Both the position numbers and the translations under genes were made by a program. Positions 53,575 through 63,649 of a stretch of 64,000 nt of DNA are shown here, one piece after another. Under the pieces are notes generated by a model. That model did not search any database and was not told the DNA's origin. It worked only from the letters and a program-made list of their open reading frames with translations. The stretch is from NCBI RefSeq assembly GCF_032191835.1, contig NC_083235.1, positions 46,376,001-46,440,000 on the forward strand, read 5' to 3'. Source of the DNA: Heteronotia binoei. Its lineage: Eukaryota. How positions within the stretch are numbered: position 1 is the stretch's first letter; the number at the start of each line of letters is the position of its first letter.

Positions 53575-53700
53575 GTACTCTTCAGTTTAAGCAGATTACT
53601 CATTTAATATACATATATCTATATACATTTAGTATATATACATTCATACATATACATACATATATACATTTATATACATAATATACATTTATCATTCTAT
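53575..53700. repeat. Degenerate (TATACA)/(TA)n AT-rich microsatellite
   Basis: Repeated TATACAT/ATACAT units visible directly. Confidence 0.8.
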
Positions 53701-54206
53701 CAACAATTACCTGTTTCTTTCAGCACAATATGCAAAGTCTCTCTTTATCACTAGTATAAAGCTGGTTTAAAAAGAACAGGCAAAGCATCCTTGCTCAAAC
53801 TGCAGAGCTGATCACATGTCACTGTATGGGGAAAAAAGACATCTTTTCTCGTTTTTAACACAATCTTCCACCACCATTCAACCAGTGCAAACAAAGTGTA
53901 CCTCTGGCAAATGTTTGGTGCTGCATGCTTCTCTTCTGGGTAAAGCAAAGGTTGATTTGCTAATACTAAAGGAAATTCCTCCACCATGATCTTAGAACAG
54001 AAGGGGGGGCGGGGAGCGAGAACTTAAAACTACAATGAAACAACTTGGTAAATGTGCTGGTGAGCAGTGTTCCTCTTAAAGAACATGGATTCTGCCCTAT
54101 CCTACAGCATTCATGCAGCCATTTCTTTCAAGGCACAAAACACCAACGAGATTACTGAAATCCCACATCCCCCTTACCAACAACTCGGAAGCTATTAATC
54201 ACTTAC

Positions 54207-54400
54207 GTGATAAAAGATAACCCCCTCCCACCACCACTTTTCCAGCGAGGAGACCTGGCAGAACGTTGGTGGGTTGCTGACATTCCAGGAAGTGTCCTGC
54301 TGCGTTCAGAGCAGCCAATCGCGGCACAACGCTATCCTTCAACATGCAGGAATGTTCCAATCTTTCCGCCAATTGCAAGTGGATAGAGTATTAAAGTGAC
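54207..54400 (-). promoter_or_regulatory. NABP2: Candidate NABP2 promoter and non-coding first exon
   Basis: Consensus donor CAC|GTAAGT on the minus strand (54206-54201), local CpG enrichment, AGCCAATC CCAAT box (about 54313-54320) and CAGGAAGTG ETS-like site. Confidence 0.55.
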
Positions 54401-55044
54401 AGTAACACCTAGTGACTCACGTTAAATTTGCCCCCAGAGGATCCTGTGATCTGACACTCTGCTCCTAAGAATTTCCATCGATTTTGCAATATGCATTGTG
54501 TTCCGAGGATCTGGACGAAGTTTATATCAATACTCACACATAAATCATGTCTTAACAGCCATTCAAAGGATTAATTTGGTAGCATCTGCAGTATTTGTAC
54601 AGTTAAATCACACTTCACCTCTTGCCATAAAGTTTGCAAAAGTCTATCATCGTGAGAGGTCTGTCTCAGGGATCTGACCTATGGCTCCACAGACAAATGT
54701 GTCTTAGTACATAACCAAATGTTTACGTTAATGTAAACTGGAGAGGTAGGCACCTAGGCCAAGGGAATGGCAGGAAAAGATGTTATAGGACTAAAGAGCT
54801 TTTTAGAGATAGTTTACAGAAAGGGAAACGACAGAGCTGAATAGCTGCTAGTAATCCAAGTGTGAACCTCATGCAGATTTATGCCAGCACTCTAAAACAA
54901 TTAAACAGGGTTCCTGTGTATATTTATTAGTCATTGTAAGATCTCTGTGTGCCCCTTGCTAACAACCAGTGATCAGGCTACGAAAACTCTGTGGGTGATA
55001 TGTCAATCAATGTCAATTATAAGTAATGTTAAGCTTTTTATTTT

Positions 55045-55262
55045 CAACTATTTATTTATTTACTGTATTTATATCCTGCCTTTCTCCTCAATGGGGGCTC
55101 AAAGCAGCTTACATCCTTCTCCTTTCCTCCAGTTGCTCCTCATAGCAACCCTGTGGGGTAGGTGAGGCTGAGAGTATGTGACTGGCCCAAGGTCACCCAG
55201 AGAGCTTCCATGGGCAGAGTGTGGGGATTCAAATATGGGTGGCCCTGATCCTAGTCTTTAAC
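55045..55262 (-). mobile_element. Squam3-like tRNA SINE
   Basis: (TTTA)n reverse tail and body similar to other copies. Confidence 0.65.
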
Positions 55263-55527
55263 TGGCTTTCTTTATATATATATATTATAAAGCCTTCTAT
55301 TTTCTGTTATGAAAACTGCTCTTTGTTGATTTCTTACTCTGAATGTTGTCATCATTTGGTTTTTTAATCGATAGACCCCTGATCTATATCTATTACATGT
55401 GTCTTGAAGGAACTCAGGAGAGCATTGATGGTTCTCTGATTTCTTTTTTATTCTCACAACAATCTGTGTGTTAGATTGGACATACAGACATATGAAGCTG
55501 CCTTATACTGAATCAAACCCTCGGTCC

Positions 55528-55925
55528 TGTTGGAGCAAGAATCTACATAAACCCAGTCTGACAGCTACAGTATGACAGCTGGTGATCTAGCTGCCAGGCT
55601 AGGTCACAGTGACCTGATCAGCAGACCGGCTTGAGCCGGCAGAAGCCAAGTGATGCAATCTGCTGAGTCAGCATGGCCAGGATTGGCTGCTTGGACTATA
55701 TATGATCTGTGTGTGCATCACACAGGTCTCTCCCTGTGAGATGGTGGTTAGGCGAAGCACTTTGTCCGTGGAGGTGATATTGTATAGACTGCACAAGAGA
55801 GCACTTGTCGTGTATATATGTTAATACACCTTTTGGCACTAGTTGCACGTGTCGGCCTGATTTTCTTTCCTGAAGCCCTGTGTCGGGCAAGTCATCTCCC
55901 TCACTCTGCTACTCCCGCTCCGACA
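55528..55925 (+). repeat. 5' LTR
   Basis: TGTTGG...CCGACA; no difference from 59962-60359 found by eye, and the ORF track gives the same peptide at offset 4434. Confidence 0.97.
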
Positions 55926-55940
55926 GGGTTATGGGCCCAG
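55926..55940 (+). promoter_or_regulatory. Primer-binding site complementary to the 5' half of initiator tRNA-Met
   Basis: GGGTTATGGGCCCAG is the reverse complement of CTGGGCCCATAACCC, the anticodon arm of vertebrate tRNAiMet as recalled; the same PBS type as Drosophila copia. Confidence 0.9.
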
Positions 55941-56102
55941 GGCGGTTCCGCTGTGCGGAGGAGAGAGTTGAGAGTTGAGCTGACTGTGAGTTTGGAAAGA
56001 GCCGGAGGCGAGGAACGCCGGTGAAGGACACAGAAGCACCACCGTTCTCTGTTTGAGAGCCAGAGGGATGTCGGCAGCCAGCCGTGAGGAGGAGTCGGTA
56101 CG

Positions 56103-59100
56103 ATGGCTCAGCAACAGCTTGGAGTAGCCGTTGAGAAGCTCACCTCAGCCAACTACGCGGTGTGGAGCCTGAGAATGCAACACTACCTCAAGCGTGAAGG
56201 GCAATGGCTGTTCGTGAGTAACCCCCCTGCTGACTTATCTCCTGCCGAGACTGTGTTATCGGATAAGGCACTGGCCAACATAGTGCTATCTATAGGAGAT
56301 GACCAGCTGGTTTATGTGCGAGGGCAGGACACTCCCAAGGCTGCCTGGGACGCGTTGAGTGCGGTGCATGTTAGCACCACTGCTGGTTCCCTCATGGCCT
56401 TGACAAGGAGGATGTTCCGCACCGTTATGCCGGCTGGAGGGTGTGTGAAAGATCACATCAAACGGCTAACGGACTGTTTCGTTGAGCTGGAGGCAAGAGG
56501 CAAGACTGTAGCTCCAGACGACAGAGTGTACATTTTGCTGTCGTCGTTGCCACCTGAGTACACTCCCCTGATAACTTCTCTGGAGACGGTGGACGTAGCG
56601 ACCCTGACCATGGAATACGTCTGTGCCCACCTGCTTGACTTCCAAGAGAGAATTGCGGCCGTGAGCTGTCCGGGGGTGTCGGCCGGGCAGCGTGCTGTTA
56701 TCGGTGTGTCCGGGAAGACAGCCAAGAATGAGCCAGCTTTTGCTGCTGGCAGGCGTCCGAAGGTGGAGGAAGTGGAGCCGACTGCGTTTGCAGTCCGTCG
56801 CTGCTATGGATGCGGGTCGTCGCAGCACCTGCTCCGAGCTTGCCCTGAGAGGGAGAAGAGGCGGGGGCGTGTGCGGCGAGAGCGGAGGACCGCCAGCCCG
56901 TGTGAGGAAGCAACCCGGCTGGTCACGTCTGCAGTAGAGAGCACAGGGTCTGCTTGGATTTTAGACTCCGGGGCAACGAGCCATCTCTGCTGCGAGAAGG
57001 AGTTGTTGAAAAACATTGACAGTCCTGAGCATAAGTATGTGAGATTGGCTGATGGGACCACTGCCAATTCTGTTTGCTCAGGCAATGTGGAATTTCCTGC
57101 ACTGAAATGTATGTTGCAAAATGTGTTGTATGTACCCTCACTGCAGTCTAACCTGTTGAGTGTTAGCACACTGTTTGACCAGGGATACCAGGTGAGATTT
57201 GAGAAAACCTGCTGCAAAATCCTGGGAGGTGGGGGAAAGTTGCTTGTGACAGGAAAGAGGGAAGGTAAACTGTATGTGGTCCAGAGTGATTGTGCCCAGG
57301 TGGCTCAGGTGTCGAATGAGCCTGTGCACAATAATTGTATACATTTGCTCCATAGGAGACTTGGGCACTGCGGATTTAGGGCGTTAAAGAAAACCCTGGA
57401 GCTTGTGCCTAGTTTGAAAGTAAATCCTTGCAAATGTTACTTGGATTGCCAGGTCTGCAAGAAGACCAAAAGCAAGGCGTGTGCTGTTGCTAAAGAAAGC
57501 TCAAGGGAAAGCACACGAGCCCTGGAACTAGTCCATTTAGACGTTATTGGCCCATTGCCAAAGAGTCTGTCGGGGAGGAGATACTGCTTGGTGGCCACCG
57601 ACGACCACACGAGGTACGCGTGGGTTTTCACCATGGTGCATAAGTCTGAGGTGTATAAGACATTCACCAAGTGGGTCAAAGCAGTGGAGAGACAATTAGG
57701 GGTTAATCTCCTAGCTGTACAAACCGACAGAGGGGGGGAATTCTTATCTAACCAGATGAAACGTTGGCTGGAGAACAAGGGCATTGCCCACCGTCTGACG
57801 AACCCAGCAACGCCCCAAGAACATGGGCTATCCGAGCGAACAGGCGCCGTGTTACAAACATTAATGCACAGCATGCTCGAGGATGCAAAGCTGCCAATTC
57901 GTTATTGGGCGGAAGCGATGCATTGCTCGGCATACGTACATAATAGGGTTTGGTGTAAGCCTGTAAATGATTTGCCTTATAAGCGGCTATATAACCACTG
58001 CCCAGATTTGAGCTTTCTGAGGGTATTTGGAACCCAAGCCTGGGTGAATATTCCTCTGAAACATAGAAGGAAAGGAGGTGACCGGGCAGTGAGCCTAACC
58101 TTTCTGGGCTACCAGCCAGAAACCAAATCATATCGCTTTTGTGATAAGCGGGCGAAGCTAACCTTTAGTAGGTCCGCTGGATTTAGTGAGTCCAGCTGGG
58201 CAAGATTGCACTCTACGGAAAGAGACCTGGGAATGCTGCCAAGTACTGATAAGAATGTTGGAGCGCAGCCCAGAAGCCCAGCCCAGGAGGTGGCACCCAG
58301 TGGGGCTGGAGAAGGTGAGCCGAATCCTGGCACAGGGCCACGGGTGTCGGCTAGAGCCACAAAAGGCATCCCTCCTGCTAGATACGGGTTCCCAAGTGCA
58401 AACCAAGTCAGCACCCCTGAACCGGAAACATACGAGGAGGTGCTGAAGCTAGATAGTAAAGAAAGGCTAGCATGGTTTGCCGCAATGCAGAAGGAATATG
58501 ATTCCTTGCTGAAAAACAGAGTGTTTACTGAGGTGCTAAGGCCGGGCAACCGGAACATTATCTCCTGTAGGTGGACCTACCGGTTAAAGAAAGACGCAAA
58601 CGGAGCCGTGCAACGAAAGGCCAGGTTAGTGGCCAGAGGGTTCAGCCAAAGGAAGGGATTGGATTATCAGCAAGTGTTTGCCCCCACTTTAAAAGCTGAA
58701 ACCCTCAGGGCAGCATTGTGTAAGGCTGGAAGTACGGGGCAACAAGCCCATCACTTTGACTTCGAGACAGCCTATTTGAACTCCCCCTTAGACCAGGAGC
58801 TGTTTATGGAACAAATCCCCGGTTTTGATGGTGGGAGTGGTGTGTTAAAACTGAACAAAGCCTTGTATGGTTTGAAACAAGCCGGACACGCATGGTACAA
58901 GTGTTTGAAGTCAGCATTAATGAAAGTAGGATTCAACCAGCATCTGGCAGACCCTTGCATGTTTAGCAGGGTGGTGGGAGAGTCCAGAATGATAGTCCTC
59001 ATCTTTGTGGACGATCTGATTGTCTTAGTGGACTCCAACCAACAATTAGCATGGTTTCAAGAAACAGCCAGTAAGCTGTTCACTATCAAGCACCTGGGGC

Positions 59101-59984
59101 CAGTGAGCTACTACTTAGGGGTGGAAATAGCGAGGAGGGCCGATGGTTGTTTTGAACTGTCCCAGAGCAACAAAGTGAGAGCGCTGCTAGCTCAGTATGG
59201 TATGAACGAAGCTAGCAGTGTGCAAACACCCATGACCACAGGTTATAGCAAGGAACCTGAAGGTGAGATATTCAAGAATGTACCATTATACCAGTCCCTG
59301 ATCGGGTCCTTATTGCACCTAGCGTGCTGGACCAGGCCAGATATCAGCTATGCGGTACATATATTGTGCCAGAAAAATGCTGAACCCCACCACAAAGATT
59401 GGGTGGCGGCTAAAAGAGTACTACGTTACCTCAGCGGCACAATAGAACGTAAGCTATCCCTCAGAGTAGGAGAAAAACCTGAACTACGCGCCTATGCTGA
59501 CGCAAGCTGGGGGGACCGGCCCAAGGCAAAATCAACCACAGGAATTGGAATATTTCTGGGAGATGCCCTAGTAGTATGGAAAGCCACCAAGCAGACCCTG
59601 GTGGCATGTAGCACGTGTGAGGCAGAGTACGGTGCCATAAACGAATGTGTACTTAACCTAGAGTGGGCAGTACAACTGATGAGGGACTTTAGCATACCTG
59701 TAAATTTGCCAGTTTCAGTATATACTGACAACTCAGCAGCCAAAGAACTGACGGAGAACCAAGCTGCTCGAGGGAAAAGCAAGCATATACTTATCAGGTA
59801 CCAAAATGTGAAGGAAGCAGCGGCTAAAAACCTCATAAAAATAATAAAGTGTACATCGGATGAGAATGCCGCTGATATATTCACGAAATGTTTAACTGCA
59901 AGTGAACATGAAAACTGTGTAAAGTGTTTGGGTATACTGGGTTTAAATAGATTAGGAGGTGTGTTGGAGCAAGAATCTACATAA
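56103..59984 (+). CDS. Copia gag-pol polyprotein, 1293 aa (gag, CCHC knuckle, protease, integrase, RT, RNase H)
   Basis: CYGCGSSQHLLRAC knuckle; WILDSGATSH protease; HRRLGH...CQVC and LVHLDVIGP/QTDRGGEF/GLSER integrase; RLVARGFSQ...LYGLKQA...IFVDD RT; YADASWG/CEAEY/YTDNSAA/ADIFTK RNase H; no stops or frameshifts. Confidence 0.98.
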   Translation: MAQQQLGVAVEKLTSANYAVWSLRMQHYLKREGQWLFVSNPPADLSPAETVLSDKALANIVLSIGDDQLVYVRGQDTPKAAWDALSAVHVSTTAGSLMALTRRMFRTVMPAGGCVKDHIKRLTDCFVELEARGKTVAPDDRVYILLSSLPPEYTPLITSLETVDVATLTMEYVCAHLLDFQERIAAVSCPGVSAGQRAVIGVSGKTAKNEPAFAAGRRPKVEEVEPTAFAVRRCYGCGSSQHLLRACPEREKRRGRVRRERRTASPCEEATRLVTSAVESTGSAWILDSGATSHLCCEKELLKNIDSPEHKYVRLADGTTANSVCSGNVEFPALKCMLQNVLYVPSLQSNLLSVSTLFDQGYQVRFEKTCCKILGGGGKLLVTGKREGKLYVVQSDCAQVAQVSNEPVHNNCIHLLHRRLGHCGFRALKKTLELVPSLKVNPCKCYLDCQVCKKTKSKACAVAKESSRESTRALELVHLDVIGPLPKSLSGRRYCLVATDDHTRYAWVFTMVHKSEVYKTFTKWVKAVERQLGVNLLAVQTDRGGEFLSNQMKRWLENKGIAHRLTNPATPQEHGLSERTGAVLQTLMHSMLEDAKLPIRYWAEAMHCSAYVHNRVWCKPVNDLPYKRLYNHCPDLSFLRVFGTQAWVNIPLKHRRKGGDRAVSLTFLGYQPETKSYRFCDKRAKLTFSRSAGFSESSWARLHSTERDLGMLPSTDKNVGAQPRSPAQEVAPSGAGEGEPNPGTGPRVSARATKGIPPARYGFPSANQVSTPEPETYEEVLKLDSKERLAWFAAMQKEYDSLLKNRVFTEVLRPGNRNIISCRWTYRLKKDANGAVQRKARLVARGFSQRKGLDYQQVFAPTLKAETLRAALCKAGSTGQQAHHFDFETAYLNSPLDQELFMEQIPGFDGGSGVLKLNKALYGLKQAGHAWYKCLKSALMKVGFNQHLADPCMFSRVVGESRMIVLIFVDDLIVLVDSNQQLAWFQETASKLFTIKHLGPVSYYLGVEIARRADGCFELSQSNKVRALLAQYGMNEASSVQTPMTTGYSKEPEGEIFKNVPLYQSLIGSLLHLACWTRPDISYAVHILCQKNAEPHHKDWVAAKRVLRYLSGTIERKLSLRVGEKPELRAYADASWGDRPKAKSTTGIGIFLGDALVVWKATKQTLVACSTCEAEYGAINECVLNLEWAVQLMRDFSIPVNLPVSVYTDNSAAKELTENQAARGKSKHILIRYQNVKEAAAKNLIKIIKCTSDENAADIFTKCLTASEHENCVKCLGILGLNRLGGVLEQEST

Positions 59985-60359
59985 ACCCAGTCTGACAGCT
60001 ACAGTATGACAGCTGGTGATCTAGCTGCCAGGCTAGGTCACAGTGACCTGATCAGCAGACCGGCTTGAGCCGGCAGAAGCCAAGTGATGCAATCTGCTGA
60101 GTCAGCATGGCCAGGATTGGCTGCTTGGACTATATATGATCTGTGTGTGCATCACACAGGTCTCTCCCTGTGAGATGGTGGTTAGGCGAAGCACTTTGTC
60201 CGTGGAGGTGATATTGTATAGACTGCACAAGAGAGCACTTGTCGTGTATATATGTTAATACACCTTTTGGCACTAGTTGCACGTGTCGGCCTGATTTTCT
60301 TTCCTGAAGCCCTGTGTCGGGCAAGTCATCTCCCTCACTCTGCTACTCCCGCTCCGACA
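59962..60359 (+). repeat. 3' LTR
   Basis: Copy of 55528-55925 followed by the TSD GGTCC at 60360-60364. Confidence 0.97.
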
Positions 60360-61372
60360 GGTCCATCAAAGTCAATATTGTCTACTCAGACAGGTAGTGG
60401 ATCTCCAGGGTCTCAAGCTGAGGTTTTTCACGCCTACTTGCCTGGACTTTTTAGTTGGAATGCCAGGGATTGAACCTGGAACCTTCTGCTTACCAAGCAG
60501 ATGCCCTACCACTGAGCCACCATCCCTCCCCAGATTAGGGTGATCCTATGCAGAATTACTCCCATCTATGCTGACTCAAATCAAGAGAATGGAGAAACTC
60601 TGCAAAGGATTGCTTTGTCTTTGTCTGTGAGCTTCATAGGTGAGTGAAGGTCTAAATTTGAGTCTCCCCGATCTTAATGCAACACAGCTACACCACATTG
60701 GCTCTCTGAATGCCTTCAGCATGATTTATTGACAAAGGACTCGATCAGATTTAGGCTTCAATACAGTAGAATAAAAAGTACAGCTCACAGTCATATAATT
60801 CCTTGTATACTATACTGTAGTATAGGAAATATTCCTCATGCAGTCTCTTGAGTTGGGTACATCATCTCTAGGTTTAGTTCTGTAGCCTTTCTTTTATGTC
60901 TTCTTCTCAGTCACTTCTTTCATTTAAGAATGTACTCACACAGTTCACCATGGTGAGAAACCACAATTGTGTGTGGCTGGATTCACTCTTCCTAACCCTC
61001 AATTCAGGGAAAATTTTAATTATAAGTAAAACTCACAGGGATCAAATCTTAAACTATCTGCTCAGAAGTCACTCCAATGTTATTCAATAGGGTTTACTCT
61101 CAGGCAAATGTCCCTTGGATTGCAGCCACAGTAAACAATGTACATTTGAAAACGGCATTAACCATTACGTATTTCATACAAAGAAAGCTTCCATGAAGGA
61201 AATAATATGAAACACATTTGAAAATCCTCATGTGAGGATCACCTGTGCCCTTGTGTACACACAGAAATGTATACATGTTATTTTCACACTATTTTCTGGT
61301 ATTAATTTTCTGACATTAATTTTCACACTATTTCTGGTAACAGAATCTCTTCCACAATAACATAGATTTGAT

Positions 61373-61545
61373 CAGGGCTTTTTTTGTAGAAAAAGCTCAG
61401 CATGAACTCATTTGCATATTAGGCCACACCCTTGGTGTCACCATCATTTCACACAGGGCTTTTTTTGCAGAAAAAGCCAAGGAGGAACTTATTTGCATAT
61501 TAGGCCACACCTCCTGACACTAAGTCAGCCAGAACTGCAGTCCTG
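61373..61545. mobile_element. Two adjacent octamer-containing MITE fragments
   Basis: Two CAGGGCTTTTTT starts; ATTTGCAT at 61410 and 61491. Confidence 0.7.
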
Positions 61546-63649
61546 TGCTAGATCTGATGTTTTGAGAAATGCAGTCTCAACCCTGGCCTGTGAGGCCAGT
61601 GGATTGGCAGAGGAGTCTCCTGAGTCTCTCCAGTCCCTGGGAGACAAAACTTATTTTATATTTGGTACTAGTGATACAAGTACTATAAATGTGGGAGACA
61701 TCCTCATATGGCCAGAGCTCTCAATTGGAGGCCAATCAGGTCTGCAATTCAGCCAGGAAAACCAGATTAGAGCCCGCAGAAATTTTACAGAACCCTACTG
61801 GCCCATGGTGTTACCTGATCCATCCTGATCTAGTAGCTGCAATATCAACAGATGACCATCTACAGAGGTGGTACTGCAGCACAGCAGAGAGAAGGAGAAC
61901 AGTTCCTTTGTCCAATGAAATGGTATAGCTGCTTTAATCAAAATTGCCAATTTGATTCCTGGAAGGCTGGGCTCTACATATTGGTTTAAATGGATGCTGT
62001 ATTTTGGACTCAAATGATCCCCATATGAAATTAATTGCAATCAGGGCTGAATTAACCACGATCCCTAATAAAATACATAGCAAAACTCCAGATAGGGAGG
62101 ACTGCGCTATTGCATAATTTTCAGGGCATTTTCCAGTTTCCAGTGCCTTTTAAACTGCCCAAAGCTTAGACATCAGTGGCTGTTTGCCCATCATAAGGTA
62201 CAAAAGAAGCACTTATATTCTCAGCATCTAGACAATTTGATAGATTAGTAATCTGGGAAATATACAACGTGGTTTATGGCACTGCATGAAATAATTAGGT
62301 AGATTGTAAAATGCATTTAGTATTCTTTTCCTTCACGTAGATTGAATTTTTAAAGAGTAAGTTAATTTTAAAGGGTCATACAAATAAGATAAAGGTCATG
62401 TATTTTGGTCCATACAGGAGAGTCCATGGGGCTTGCTTAGAAACTTGAAACAGAGATTATATAGCATCTGGAAAAACCAGTTTCTATTGTGGCATATGGA
62501 ACATTGGAAAGCTTGAATTATTTAGGCCACAAGGATTGCAGCTGTCAGGTCAAAGGTTCCGTTCTGTTTTCTGTCATTATATGTGCTGCTCTTTGTGCAT
62601 AAATTGTGGCAAAGGAGAAAGCATAATATGGTCAGAAACATGCGGATATAATATTAGTTCAATATTGGCCTCAGCCCTGACAGGAGGCCACTTGTTACCT
62701 TTGACAAAAAGAAGCACAAAGTCCCACATTCTGGTCTGCTGTACATGCTCCAACATGTGTTGCTTTAATGAATGCTCCAACATTTGCTGAGACTGGAGAG
62801 CGAGCCATATTACAGAACAAAAAGTGCATGTCAAGCACAGCTAACATGCAATTTGTAACAAAATAGTATTTAATACAACAAAAGCATCACAAGCACATTA
62901 CCTTATACTTGCACAGAAACTGTATATACCTACAGAAGAGGGGGGCGTGTGGAGGTAAAGGCCTATTTCAAAAAGTTTTCAGCTTTCTCTTCCATTTCTG
63001 TTGTCAACTAATATGTCAAACATTTTTTCTGAATGCAGCAAGAGAGTCAGACTCAAATAATGTCGGAGGTATCAGAGCATTCACATCAGAAGGCTTGTTG
63101 CCTTGTCAAAAAATGGTCAAGTTTCATCATACACCTCTGAGAATAGCTCATTGCTTAATTTGTGCCAGAGCTCAGACCCAATACCAGTTTTCAATAGCAG
63201 AGTTCAATCCTGGCACATAAGAACAGATGGAAGCATTCCTTAGCAGGTGCAGAATGTATCTCCCTCATCTGATTTGGGGGAAAGGACTTCCAGATAAGAG
63301 GGAACTGCTTCCAGACCGTCATGATCTCTTGACGTCCCCTTTTCAAGAAACTAAGCAATAACCATTGTTTTCATGACACATTATGTATCCATTATTTGTA
63401 CAGTCAGGGTGATAAACACAGGGAGCTTCAGAGTCCAAGACACAGAGCCAGAACACAGCACGAACTTCCTAAGGATTTTCACTCAGAATCAAGCCCCATT
63501 GGGCTCAAGGGACTGTAACCGCGCAGATTTACAGCTGCAACTCCAAGCGTCTAAGGATGCAATCCTATGCCTATTTGCACGAGAGTAAATGCTAGGGAAC
63601 TTAATAGGACTTACTTCTGAGGAAAACGAGATCGGGCAATTAAATAAAC

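Larger units (their letters stand above)
55528..60359 (+). mobile_element. Full-length Ty1/copia LTR retrotransposon (4832 bp)
   Basis: Two 398-bp LTRs with TG...CA ends; 5-bp TSD GGTCC; PBS after the 5' LTR; purine tract GATTAGGAGG before the 3' LTR; one gag-pol ORF in copia order (IN before RT). Confidence 0.98.
55480..60530 (-). mobile_element. Squam2-like SINE split by the copia insertion (halves about 55480-55527 and 60360-60530)
   Basis: Joining the halves across the GGTCC TSD reproduces the intact copy at 41761-41985 (GAATCAGACCCTAGGTCCATCAAAGTCA). Confidence 0.88.

Noticed and set aside
56453-59884. Multiple antisense ORFs within the copia element
   Set aside because: Typical shadow ORFs of a long coding frame; none carries an env-like or other motif.
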